Source: an uncultured Chloroflexia bacterium (GTDB taxonomy: Bacteria; Chloroflexota; Limnocylindria; QHBO01). From it: a DNA stretch of 64,000 nucleotides. Location: NCBI GenBank assembly GCA_963827475.1, contig CAWHAZ010000007.1:95776-159775 (forward strand), in the 5' to 3' direction. Made by a program: the position numbers and the translations under genes. The first letter of the stretch is position 1; each line of letters begins with the position of its first letter. The notes beneath the pieces are model-generated. The model was given only the letters and a program-made list of their open reading frames with translations. It did no database searches and was not told where the DNA came from. Positions 21,763 through 31,032 of this stretch are shown here, piece by piece.

Positions 21763-22529
21763 TGAAACGCGTGCTGCTGGCCGTCGTGGTGGTGGCGTTG
21801 ATCAGCGCCTTCCTGAACCCTGACCTGGCCCTGAATGCCGAGGGTCTGGCGATCTTCCTCGGGTTCCTGGCCGCTATCGGGGTCGTGCTCGTCGCCTTCG
21901 AGCTGCCCGCCCTCCTCGTCCACCACCGCGGGACCGGCGAGACAGGGCGCATGCGCGTCCTGCCCTGGGCCATCTCCTGGCCGCGGTCTTCGTCGTCATC
22001 TCCCGCCTGTTCAACCTGCAGCCGGGCTACCTGTACGGCGTCATCCTCGCGGTCGTTTTCCTGCAAGCGGTCGCGCCCCAGCAGGAGGGACGCGAGGCCG
22101 CCGTCGGCGCGGCCATCACCCTGGTCCTGGCGGTGATCGCATGGGTGCTGCTGACCGTGGTGCGCGGCGCCGGCCTGCCGCCGGGCGACCTCGTCGCGCT
22201 GGCGGTGGAGACCGCCCTGGCTGCCATCGTGGTGGCCGCCCTCGAGGCGGTGGCCTTTGGGCTCATGCCGCTCAGGTTCATGCCCGGCTACCTGATCTAC
22301 CGATGGCACCGCCCGGTGTGGGCCGTCCTGTGGGGCCTCTCCCTGTTCGGGTTCATCCACATCCTCATTGGCCCCAACGCCGGGTACCTGTCGGACCTGT
22401 CGATCCCGGCGCTCGTGGCGGCACTCGGCGTGTTCGCCCTGTTCGGCGCCATCTCGGTCCTGTTCTGGGCCTACTTCCGGTTCGTCTACCGCGCCTCCGG
22501 CCGAGGAGGCGTCAGCCGCCGAGGGCTGA
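21762..22529 (+). CDS. FGLLP-motif multi-pass membrane protein (frameshifted)
   Basis: ISAFLNPDL, QPGYLYG (shifted frame), AFGLMPLRFMPG. Confidence 0.65.
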
Positions 22530-22533
22530 CCGA

Positions 22534-23940
22534 TCAGGCCGGGCTCGCTCCGCCACCGGCCGCGCGGAGGATGGCGTCCACGGTTCGGTCGGCGTCCGCC
22601 TCGGTCGTCGACCAGTTGCTGACGCTGATCCGCATGGCGTCCATCCCGTGCCACGTGGTCCCGCCCATCCACGTCTCGCCTTCGTCCTGGACGCGGCGAA
22701 TGACCTCGCGGGTGAAGGCACCCGGATCGCCGGCGCCAGTCGGGTGGAAGCGGACGAGGACCTGGTTCAGCACCACCTCATTGAGGACCTCCACGCCTTC
22801 GGCCGCGGCGAGGCGGTCCGCCATGTGGCGCGCGAGGTCGCAGCACCGCTCGATGAGCGCTCGGACGCCGGAGCGCCCGAGCGAGCGGAGCGCGGCATAC
22901 AGCGTGAAGCCCCGCGCCCGACGGGAGCTGTCCAGCACGTACTCCCATGACTCGCGCTGGGCCTGGTTCTGCATGAGGTACGGGGCGAAGGCCGACATCG
23001 CCGCGCGGTGCGCCTCGCTGTCCCGAACGGCGACGAAGCCGCAGTCGTAGCCCAGGTTGAGCCACTTGTGGGCGTCGGTCGCCCAGGAATCCGCGCGGTC
23101 GACACCGGCCACCAGCGGCCGCAGCCGCGGGGAGACCGCGGCCCACAGGCCGAATGCGCCGTCGACGTGGATCCAGGCATTCGGGTGTGCCGCCACCGCG
23201 TCCGCGATGGCCGGCATCGGGTCGAAGCCCCCGGTGTTCACGTTGCCTGCCTGGGCGACCACCATGAGCGGTCCGGCGACGTCCGCAATTCGGTCGGCGA
23301 GCGCGTCGGCCCGCATCCGGCCCTGCTCATCGGCGGGGACCTTGACCACCCGGTCCCGGCCCAGGCCCAGGTACTGGAGCGCGGTCAGGACCGTGGCGTG
23401 GGCCTCCTCGCCGATGACGACCGTGATCTCCGGTGCCCCATACAGGCCGCGCGCCTCGACGTCCCACCCCTCGCGCGCCAGCACCGCGTGGCGACCGGCC
23501 GCCAGGCCCACCGTGTTGGCGAGGCCCGCTCCCGTCGGCAGGCCGACGCTGGCCGAGGGCGGCAGCCCGAGCAGGTCGAGCATCCAGCCGGCGGCCACCT
23601 GCTCCGCCCCGGCCGCCGCCGGCGACAGCGCGTGCAGGTTGGCATTCTGGTCCCAGGCCGCCGTCAGCCAGTCGGCGCCCACCGCGGCCGGGATCGCGCC
23701 ACCGATCACGAATCCGAAGTACCGCGGTCCGGCCGTCGCGACGAGACCCGGGTCCAGCCGCTCGGCCATGTCTTCGAGGACGGCGATCGGATCCTCACCG
23801 TCCTCGGGCATCGGCCCGCCGAGTGCGGCGGCGATCGCGTTCCCATCGGTCCGCGCCCCGACGTGACGCTCGGCGAGCCCGGCGAGGAACGCGATGCTCA
23901 GCTCGGTCGCCCGACGGAGGGTCCGCTCCATGTCGTCCAT
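22534..23940 (-). CDS. Group II PLP-dependent decarboxylase
   Basis: GPRYFGFVIGG, AWDQN, HVDGAFGLW, SWATDAHKWLN. Confidence 0.9.
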   Translation of the reverse strand: MDDMERTLRRATELSIAFLAGLAERHVGARTDGNAIAAALGGPMPEDGEDPIAVLEDMAERLDPGLVATAGPRYFGFVIGGAIPAAVGADWLTAAWDQNANLHALSPAAAGAEQVAAGWMLDLLGLPPSASVGLPTGAGLANTVGLAAGRHAVLAREGWDVEARGLYGAPEITVVIGEEAHATVLTALQYLGLGRDRVVKVPADEQGRMRADALADRIADVAGPLMVVAQAGNVNTGGFDPMPAIADAVAAHPNAWIHVDGAFGLWAAVSPRLRPLVAGVDRADSWATDAHKWLNLGYDCGFVAVRDSEAHRAAMSAFAPYLMQNQAQRESWEYVLDSSRRARGFTLYAALRSLGRSGVRALIERCCDLARHMADRLAAAEGVEVLNEVVLNQVLVRFHPTGAGDPGAFTREVIRRVQDEGETWMGGTTWHGMDAMRISVSNWSTTEADADRTVDAILRAAGGGASPA

Positions 23941-23959
23941 CGGTCGTCCCAGCCTGTGC

Positions 23960-24553
23960 CTACGCCTGGACCGGGTCGCGCAGCGGCTGGCCGACGAGCT
24001 TGGCCAGGCGATCGGCCAGCGCCATCCAGTCGTAGTCCTCGGTGACCTGGCTGGCGGGAAGCCGCAGGCATCGGTCCTCCGCCAGGTAGATCGGGACGAT
24101 GCGGTCGAGGATGGCCTCGATCTCGTCGCGGAACGCGTCGCTGGTGGAGCGGATGCCGTCGGGGAGGAGCGCCACGTCGGGGAGCAGCCGCACGACCAGG
24201 TCGTAGGACTGCGACCAGCGCCGGACGAGCGGCTCGACCCCGAACGGGTCCGCGCCGTCGGTCACGCGCAGGAAGTAGGCGAAGTTGTCGACCACCGACC
24301 GGTCGGTGACGAGGATGTCGGCTTGGCCGGCCAGCTCCAGCTCCTGCTGGATCTGGGCCATGAGGGCCCACAGCTGCGCCTCGGCCGAGGCGCCCTCGTT
24401 GCGGCCCAGCGGGTTGAACCGGATGACTTCGCGCCCGACCTCCACACTCCGTCCGGCCCGACCCACGGCGGAGGCAAAGGCGTGCACCGCGTTCGTCTTG
24501 CGGACCGAGTGCGAGCCGATGAACGCGATCTTCGCCGGCCGGCTCCACGTCAC
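23960..24553 (-). CDS. AAA_28/NadR-kinase-like P-loop protein
   Basis: IAFIGSHSVRKT variant Walker A; LVTDRSVVD; YDLVV; GTG 24553 has TACGCT 6 nt upstream. Confidence 0.7.
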   Translation of the reverse strand: MTWSRPAKIAFIGSHSVRKTNAVHAFASAVGRAGRSVEVGREVIRFNPLGRNEGASAEAQLWALMAQIQQELELAGQADILVTDRSVVDNFAYFLRVTDGADPFGVEPLVRRWSQSYDLVVRLLPDVALLPDGIRSTSDAFRDEIEAILDRIVPIYLAEDRCLRLPASQVTEDYDWMALADRLAKLVGQPLRDPVQA

Positions 24554-24602
24554 CCTCACAGCGTAAACATTTCCTTCATCGGTTTGGCTGTAGCCTCTGC
24601 GC

Positions 24603-25241
24603 ATGACCGATGAAGCCCCGACCGAGACACCGCCTGAGGCCCCCGCGCTCCCGCCCGACCCGACGCCTCCCGCCCGACCGGTCGGGGAGCGCCCGCCTCT
24701 CCCGGGCCGGGTGACCGCCGCGGCCATCATCCTGCTCGTGTTCGGGACCCTCTCGGCCCTGGGCAGCGCCTTCGGCGTGCTGTGGTCCCTGCTGGTCATC
24801 GGTCGGATGGGCGGAGGCTTTGGTCGCTTCGGCGGCCCGTTCGAGGGCGGGTTCGGCGCCAACTTCAACGGTGGTGGGACCGGGTGGGCCGGTTTCATGT
24901 TCTTCGTCCTCGCCCTGGCCATCGCCGCCGCGGTGGTCGGCGGTCATCTCGCCGCCGGCTGGGGCATCCTCCAGCGGCTGGCCTGGGGCCGAATCCTCGG
25001 CCTGGTGGTCAGCGGCGCCGCGCTGGTGGTGATCGTCCTCGGCGTCCTCGGAACGGTGGTCTGGGTCGCGACCCTGCCCGACCTGCGCGAGTTCGACCGC
25101 GTCCCGGAATGGTTCGCCGACTGGTTCCGCTCGGTGATGACCGCCGGCGTCGGGTTGGGCGTCCTCGTCAGCCTGGTGGTGGGCGGCGCGTACGCCTACG
25201 TCCTGTGGGTCCTGGCCCGCGCGGACGAGGTCTTCGACTGA
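24603..25241 (+). CDS. Hypothetical 4-TM membrane protein
   Basis: Four hydrophobic segments, Gly/Phe-rich loop, TAGCCT 6 nt upstream. Confidence 0.7.
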   Translation: MTDEAPTETPPEAPALPPDPTPPARPVGERPPLPGRVTAAAIILLVFGTLSALGSAFGVLWSLLVIGRMGGGFGRFGGPFEGGFGANFNGGGTGWAGFMFFVLALAIAAAVVGGHLAAGWGILQRLAWGRILGLVVSGAALVVIVLGVLGTVVWVATLPDLREFDRVPEWFADWFRSVMTAGVGLGVLVSLVVGGAYAYVLWVLARADEVFD

Positions 25242-25344
25242 CCGATCGCCGCGCCCTGGGCGGTGCCGGCTGGGCGGGGAACGGGGTGTAGAGTATCGGC
25301 TCTCTTCCCGATCAAACTGCCCGCACGGAGGGTTGATCAGACCA

Positions 25345-26194
25345 ATGGCGCGCATCGTCAAGGCCGCCCTGCTGCAGGCCGAGTGGACCGGCGACAAGGA
25401 CACCATGATCGAGAAGCACGAGCGCTACGCGCGCGAGGCCGCCAAGCAGGGCGCCCAGGTCATGTGCTTCCAGGAGCTGTTCTACGGGCCCTACTTCTGC
25501 CAGGTCCAGGATCCGCAGTACTACAGCTACACCGAGAAGATCCCGGGCGGGCCGACCACCGAGCGGATGCAGGCCCTGGCCAAGGAGACCGGCATGGTCC
25601 TCGTCGTACCGATGTACGAGGAGGACGAGGAGACCGCCGGGATCTACTACAACACCGCCGCTGTCATCGACGCCGACGGGTCGTACCTCGGCAAGTACCG
25701 GAAGACCCACATCCCCCACGTCAAGGGCTTCTGGGAGAAGTTCTACTTCCGGCCCGGCAACCTGGGATATCCGGTGTTCGACACCGCCGTCGGCAAGGTC
25801 GGCGTCTACATCTGCTACGACCGCCACTTCCCGGAGGGCGCGCGCGCCCTCGGCCTGAACGGGGCGGAGCTGGTGTTCATCCCCTCGGCCACGTCCCGCG
25901 GGCTTGAGCGAGTACCTGTGGCGCGTCGAGCAGGTCAGCCATGCGGTGGCCAACGGCTACTTCGTGGGCACCATCAACCGGGTCGGGATCGAGCACCTGG
26001 GTGACGACGACTTCTACGGGCAGTCGTACTTCGTCGACCCGCGCGGCCAGTTCATCGGCGACGTCGGAGACGCCCACGAGGAGGAGCTCCTCGTCCGCGA
26101 GCTCGACCTGGACCAGATCAACGAGGTGCGCCAGACGTGGCAGTTCTTCCGCGACCGGCGCCCCGACGCCTACGAGGACCTCGTCCGACCGTAG
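25345..26194 (+). CDS. Nitrilase-family C-N hydrolase, beta-ureidopropionase-like (frameshift ~25905)
   Basis: FQELFYGPYFC (E), YRKTHIP (K), ICYDRHFPEG (C), FWEKFYFRPGN, FFRDRRPDAY. Confidence 0.88.
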
Positions 26195-26225
26195 GTCGGC
26201 GCCGGGACGGTTGACTGCCTGACCG

Positions 26226-27248
26226 ATGGACTTCGGGTTCACCCTCAAGCTCGAGAACACCACCGACCGCACGCTCGACCTGACCCGCCGGGCGGAGGCA
26301 GCCGGGTTCACCCACGGCTGGGTGTTCGACAGCCACGTCCTGTGGCGTGACCCCTATCCCGCCCTGACCCTGATGGCGCAGGCCACGACGGCGATGCGGC
26401 TGGGGACCTGCGTCACGAACCCGGCCACCCGCGAGCCGTCGGTCACCGCGTCGACATTGGCGGAGCTGAACGAGATGAGCGGCGGCCGAATGGACCTCGG
26501 GATCGGGCGCGGGGACAGCGCCCGGCGCGTGCTCGGCAAGCCACCGACCACGATGAAGACCCTCGAAGAGGCGATCACCGTCATCCGCGACCTGGTCGAG
26601 GGACGGGCCGTCACCTACGAGGGGACGGAGATCCAGCTCACCTGGGCCGGCTCATGGACGCTGCCCGTGTGGGTCGCCGGCTACGGGCCGATGGCCCTGG
26701 CCATGACCGGACGGGTCGCCGACGGCCTGATCCTCCAGCTCGCCGATCCCGACCTCATCCGCTGGTTCGTCGGCCAGCTCCGCGAGGCGGAGGCGGCGGC
26801 CGGACGGCCGCCAGGCACGATCAAGGTCCAGGCCGCGGCGCCCGCCCACGTCGGTCCGCGCGACATCGGCCAGGATCGGACCCGCTGGTTCCCGGCGCTC
26901 GTGTCAAACCACGTCGTGGACCTCGTCAACAAGTACCCGCGCGAACAGCTGCCGGACGCGCTGACCGGCTACATCACCGACCGCGAGGGATACGACTACC
27001 ACCACCACGCGGAGGTGGGCTCGACGAACGCCGCGTTCGTCGGCGACGAGGTGACCGACCGCTTCTGCATCCTCGGTGAGCCGGCCGAGCACGTCGCCAA
27101 GCTCCACGAGCTGGCCGATGCCGGCGTCGACCAGTTCAACTTCTACCTCATGAACGGCGACGAGGAGGAGCAGCTGGACCGATACGGCCGCGAGGTCGTG
27201 CCCGCTCTCCGTAACGTGGCCGCCAACCGACACGGAGCAACGACATGA
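26226..27248 (+). CDS. Mer-like LLM-class oxidoreductase, probably F420-dependent (resembles TIGR03842/CPS_4043 family)
   Basis: WVFDSHVLWRDPY, GTCVTNPATREPSVTAS, GIGRGDSARR, AGYGP, GYDYHHHAEVG. Confidence 0.85.
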   Translation: MDFGFTLKLENTTDRTLDLTRRAEAAGFTHGWVFDSHVLWRDPYPALTLMAQATTAMRLGTCVTNPATREPSVTASTLAELNEMSGGRMDLGIGRGDSARRVLGKPPTTMKTLEEAITVIRDLVEGRAVTYEGTEIQLTWAGSWTLPVWVAGYGPMALAMTGRVADGLILQLADPDLIRWFVGQLREAEAAAGRPPGTIKVQAAAPAHVGPRDIGQDRTRWFPALVSNHVVDLVNKYPREQLPDALTGYITDREGYDYHHHAEVGSTNAAFVGDEVTDRFCILGEPAEHVAKLHELADAGVDQFNFYLMNGDEEEQLDRYGREVVPALRNVAANRHGATT

Positions 27249-27736
27249 AGGTCTCGTTCATCGCCGGGTATGGACCGATTACGCCCGATTCGGTGGCCAG
27301 CCTGAAGTTCTGGCGGGACGACGTCGGGCTGCCCATGACCGAGATCGCGCCCGACTACTGGGGGACCGATGACGTCCCCGGCGTGAACGCCTTCGCCGCG
27401 TGGCCGCTCGGCCAGGCCGCGGAGTCGTGTTTCGGGTCGAAGACCTGGCCGGAGCACATCACGGCACCCCAGGCCTGGTTGGAGCTCGACGTGGAGTCGC
27501 CGGAAGCGGTGAGCAGTGCCGCCGCCGAGCTCGAGGCAGCCGGCAATGAGATCCTCAAGCCACCGACCACCGAGCCGTGGGGCCAGACTGTTGCCCGCCT
27601 CTTGAGCCCGGAAGGGCTGCTCGTCGGCATCACCTACACCCAGTGGATGCATCGCGACGAGCATCGCGACCACGAGCATGACCACGACGAGCACGGCCAC
27701 GACGATCACGAGGGCCACGAGCACGGCGACCACTGA
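27245..27736 (+). CDS. VOC/glyoxalase-family protein with His/Asp/Glu-rich tail
   Basis: QAWLELDVES, EPWGQTVARLLSPEGLLVG; 28-aa tail with 11 His. Confidence 0.8.
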   Translation: MKVSFIAGYGPITPDSVASLKFWRDDVGLPMTEIAPDYWGTDDVPGVNAFAAWPLGQAAESCFGSKTWPEHITAPQAWLELDVESPEAVSSAAAELEAAGNEILKPPTTEPWGQTVARLLSPEGLLVGITYTQWMHRDEHRDHEHDHDEHGHDDHEGHEHGDH

Positions 27737-27774
27737 GGACCGGCTGCTCTTCCTTGGCCCCGACGAGGGCACCG

Positions 27775-27814
27775 TTGACATGTAGCGCTCCGCGATATAT
27801 CGTGTGACGATATA
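27775..27814 (+). promoter_or_regulatory. sigma70 promoter with overlapping inverted-repeat operator upstream of padR
   Basis: TTGACA (27775-80), N17, TATCGT (27798-803); IR TATATCGT-GTG-ACGATATA (27796-27814). Confidence 0.75.
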
Positions 27815-27837
27815 GAACCGACAAGGAGCGCAATCGC

Positions 27838-28167
27838 ATGCCCAAGCAGTCGCCAGCCGAGGACCTCAGCCCGTTTGCCGCACCCGCTCTCCTGGTGCTT
27901 GCCACCCTGGCCGATGGCCCAAAGCACGGGTACGCGATCATGCAGGACGCCGAGACGATCAGCGGACAGCCGCTGGGCCCCGGCACGTTGTACGCGGCGC
28001 TGGCGCGGCTCGAACGGCGCGGCCTGATCGAGGCGCTCCCGGCTGAAGAGCGTCGCCGGCCGTACCGCCTCTCCGCCCTCGGCGCATCCACCCTCGAGGC
28101 GCACCTGACCCAGCTGCAGCGGTTCGCCGGTCGTGCCCTGAGTCGTCTCGAGGAGGGTGCGGCGTGA
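27838..28167 (+). CDS. PadR-family transcriptional regulator
   Basis: GPKHGYAIMQ, GPGTLYAALARLE, RRPYRLS. Confidence 0.92.
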   Translation: MPKQSPAEDLSPFAAPALLVLATLADGPKHGYAIMQDAETISGQPLGPGTLYAALARLERRGLIEALPAEERRRPYRLSALGASTLEAHLTQLQRFAGRALSRLEEGAA

Positions 28168-28879
28168 GCCCGAAGCGCCTGGTCGGCTTCTACCCCGCGC
28201 CCTGGCGTATCGCTATGGCGACGAGTTCCTCGCGCTGCTCGAGGAGCGGCCCCCGACAGCGGTCCAGGTCCTGGACGTCCTCTGGGGTGCGATCGACGCG
28301 CACCTGTTTCCCCAAGCGCCCGAAGGGAGGTTCCGCATGTTCACCCGAGTGGCTGGCCTTGCCGCGATTGGTGCCGGAGCCGCGTTGCTGGTTGGCTTCG
28401 CGGGACTGAACGAGATCACCGGCCCGGTCTTCTACGTTCTCGCCATCGTCGGGCTGGTGGGGATCCACCTGCGGCAGGTCTCCGTTCGCCCCGGCCTCGC
28501 CTGGTTCGGGTTCGTCGTGCCGCTCCTCGCTCTGGCGTGGGGCATCGGCTTCGTCCTGCTCACCCGCATCGGCGTGCTGCCCACCAGTGGGGGCGAGTTC
28601 GGGTACTTCGCCAACATTGCCCTGTGGATCGGTTCGGCCACCCTGGGCGCCGTGATCCTTACCATCCGGGTCTTTCCGGTGGTGGTGGGGCTCGCGTTCA
28701 CGATCACCGCGCCGGTGGCGATGATCGGTTTGCTGGCAGGCGGCGCCATTGCACCCGGGGGCGCGCTGGCCATCCTCTCCCAGTTGGGGCTGGTGGCCTA
28801 CGCGCTGGGCTGGCTCGTGGTCGGGTGGAGCCTGCTCGCCGCCCAGCCGCAGGAGGGCGTGCTCGGCGCGACCGGCTGA
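28164..28879 (+). CDS. PadR-associated membrane protein (frameshift ~28205)
   Basis: YPAPW..RYGDEF N-terminal motif typical of PadR-coupled membrane proteins; ~5 TM helices. Confidence 0.7.
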
Positions 28880-28916
28880 GCCCTTTCGCGGCGCCGATCG
28901 GCGGTACCCTTCGGTC

Positions 28917-29588
28917 GTGACGAGCGAGGTCATCGACCCGATCGAAGAGCTCCAGCAGAGCGCCGAGGCCCGTTGGGTCGAGGGATGGCTGGCCGGCCCC
29001 ACCTGGACGCGCTACGACGAGCTTCCCGCGCAACCTGGCGACGAAGCCCCGGACCTCGAGCTGCCGGATACCTCCGGCGGGAACCGGCGGCTGAGCGAGT
29101 TCTGGGCCTACGGACCGGCCCTCGTCATCTTCATGCGCCACTTCGGCTGCTCGTGCCTGATGGAGCGCTGGGAGGCCCTTCGCGACGAGCTGGACAGCTA
29201 CACCGAGGCGGGGGCGACGGTGGTCGCGGTGTGCCAGGCCGAGCCGGAGCGGGCGGCGGCGGTCGCGACCAGGCGTGGCTATCGGTTTCCGTTGCTCTGT
29301 GACCCGGAACGGAAGGCATACCGCGCCTACGGGTTGCTGGAGGGAACGCCGGCCCAGATCCTGCACGACTTCCCGTGGCGGCCGAACGACATGGACACTG
29401 CCCAGACGATGTTCTGCGAGCCCAGGCGCGGCACGGAGCGGGCGGTCGTCGACTCCCCGTGGCAGCTCCCCGGGGAGTTCGTGGTGGCCGTCGATAGCCG
29501 CATCCAGCTCGCCCATCGCTATCAGTACTGCGAGGACTTCCCGCCCAAGACGGTCCTGCTCGGTGCCATCGCGGCCGCCCAGCGCTAA
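28917..29588 (+). CDS. AhpC/TSA peroxiredoxin-like protein
   Basis: PGDEAPDLEL, FMRHFGCSC, LLCDPERKAYRAYGL, WQLPGEFVV; GTG start has TACCCT 6 nt upstream. Confidence 0.8.
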   Translation: MTSEVIDPIEELQQSAEARWVEGWLAGPTWTRYDELPAQPGDEAPDLELPDTSGGNRRLSEFWAYGPALVIFMRHFGCSCLMERWEALRDELDSYTEAGATVVAVCQAEPERAAAVATRRGYRFPLLCDPERKAYRAYGLLEGTPAQILHDFPWRPNDMDTAQTMFCEPRRGTERAVVDSPWQLPGEFVVAVDSRIQLAHRYQYCEDFPPKTVLLGAIAAAQR

Positions 29589-29597
29589 GGTCCCCAC

Positions 29598-30782
29598 ATG
29601 ACCACGACCTCGGCCCGCCAGATCGACGCGCTCCGCGACAGCATCCAAGGCTTCCTGGACTTCTTCAACGGTCCGTTCTCCAAGTTGAACGAGAACCCCG
29701 AGGTCGCGAACTTCGCGGTCGGCAACCCGCTCGAGAAGCCGATGCCGGCATACGTGGATACCCTCCGCCGCCACCTCGAGCCTCGTCGGCGGAACTGGTT
29801 TGCCTACCAGGTCAGCGATCCGAAGGCCCGGATCGCGGTGGCGAAGAGCCTGAGTGCATCCACCGGGATGCCATGGGACCCCGAGGATGTGGCGATGACC
29901 AACGGCGGTTTTGCCGCCCTGGCCGTCTCGATGCGGGCGCTGATCGAGCCGGGTGACGAGGTCATTTTCTTCTCGCCGCCGTGGTTCTTCTACGAGTTCA
30001 TGATCCTGGCCGCCGCCGCGACCCCGGTTCGCGTCCATCTCCCCCCGCCGGCCTTTGAACCCGACCTGGACGAGCTGGCCGCCGCGATCACGCCTCGAAC
30101 CCGGGCGCTGATCTTCAACTCCCCGCAGAACCCCAGCGGACGCGTCTACCCGCTCGAGACGTTGAAGGCGCTGGCACGGACTCTGACGGATGCATCCGAG
30201 CGGATCGGCCACCCCATCTTCCTCATCAGCGACGAGCCGTACCGCCGCATCCTGTTCGACGGGATCACGTTCCACTCGCCGGCCGAGGTGTATCCCGACA
30301 CGGTCGTCACCTACTCGTATGGAAAGCAGCTCCTGGCCCCAGGGCAGCGGGTCGGCTACCTGGCCGTCCCGCCGACGATGCCGGACCGGGAAGCGTTCCG
30401 GGAGACGGTGCTGGTCGCGCAGCTGGCGACCGGGTATGCGTTCCCGAATGCCCTGCTCCAACACGCGCTGCCGGATCTCGAGCCGCTGATCATCGACATG
30501 CCCGCGATGGAGCGGCGCCGGGATCGGCTGGTGGGCGCGCTCCGAGAGATGGGCTACGAGGCGACCATGCCGGAAGGCACCTTCTACCTCATGGCCCGCT
30601 CGCCGATCGCCGACGACGTGGCCTTCACCGACATCCTGGCCAAGCACCGGGTGCTCGTCCTGCCCGGCTCGATCGTCGAGGTGCCCGGGTGGTTCCGGAT
30701 CAGCCTGACCGCCACCGACGACATGGTCGAGCCCGGAATTGCCGGCTTCGCCGCCGCCTACGCGGAGGCCGTCGCCGGGTAG
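29598..30782 (+). CDS. Class I/II PLP aminotransferase
   Basis: FNSPQNPSG, ISDEPY, SYGKQLLAPGQRVG. Confidence 0.9.
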   Translation: MTTTSARQIDALRDSIQGFLDFFNGPFSKLNENPEVANFAVGNPLEKPMPAYVDTLRRHLEPRRRNWFAYQVSDPKARIAVAKSLSASTGMPWDPEDVAMTNGGFAALAVSMRALIEPGDEVIFFSPPWFFYEFMILAAAATPVRVHLPPPAFEPDLDELAAAITPRTRALIFNSPQNPSGRVYPLETLKALARTLTDASERIGHPIFLISDEPYRRILFDGITFHSPAEVYPDTVVTYSYGKQLLAPGQRVGYLAVPPTMPDREAFRETVLVAQLATGYAFPNALLQHALPDLEPLIIDMPAMERRRDRLVGALREMGYEATMPEGTFYLMARSPIADDVAFTDILAKHRVLVLPGSIVEVPGWFRISLTATDDMVEPGIAGFAAAYAEAVAG

Positions 30783-31032
30783 ACCCTGGGCCGTCTGGCA
30801 GCGGCCGAACCCGGTGATCGATGGCACCACAAAACGCGATGCCCGAGTTGCGCGGCAGCGCAATTCGGGGCTATGGTCCGCGCGTTGGGGTCGCTTCGCT
30901 TGGGGGTTGACAAGGCGATTCGTCCGGGGGACGCCGTACCCCACCGCACGCGTGACACTGGTCACTCTTCTTCCCGTCCGCCACTCGCCCGTCGCGTGGC
31001 AGGAGTCACAGCTTTGACAGGAGGACGCAATC

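Noticed and set aside
27649-27733. Repeated CACGAC/GAGCAC units
   Set aside because: Coding for the His-rich tail; no repeat-spacer periodicity.
30907-30912. TTGACA upstream of the M6 protease
   Set aside because: No credible -10 element at 16-18 nt spacing.
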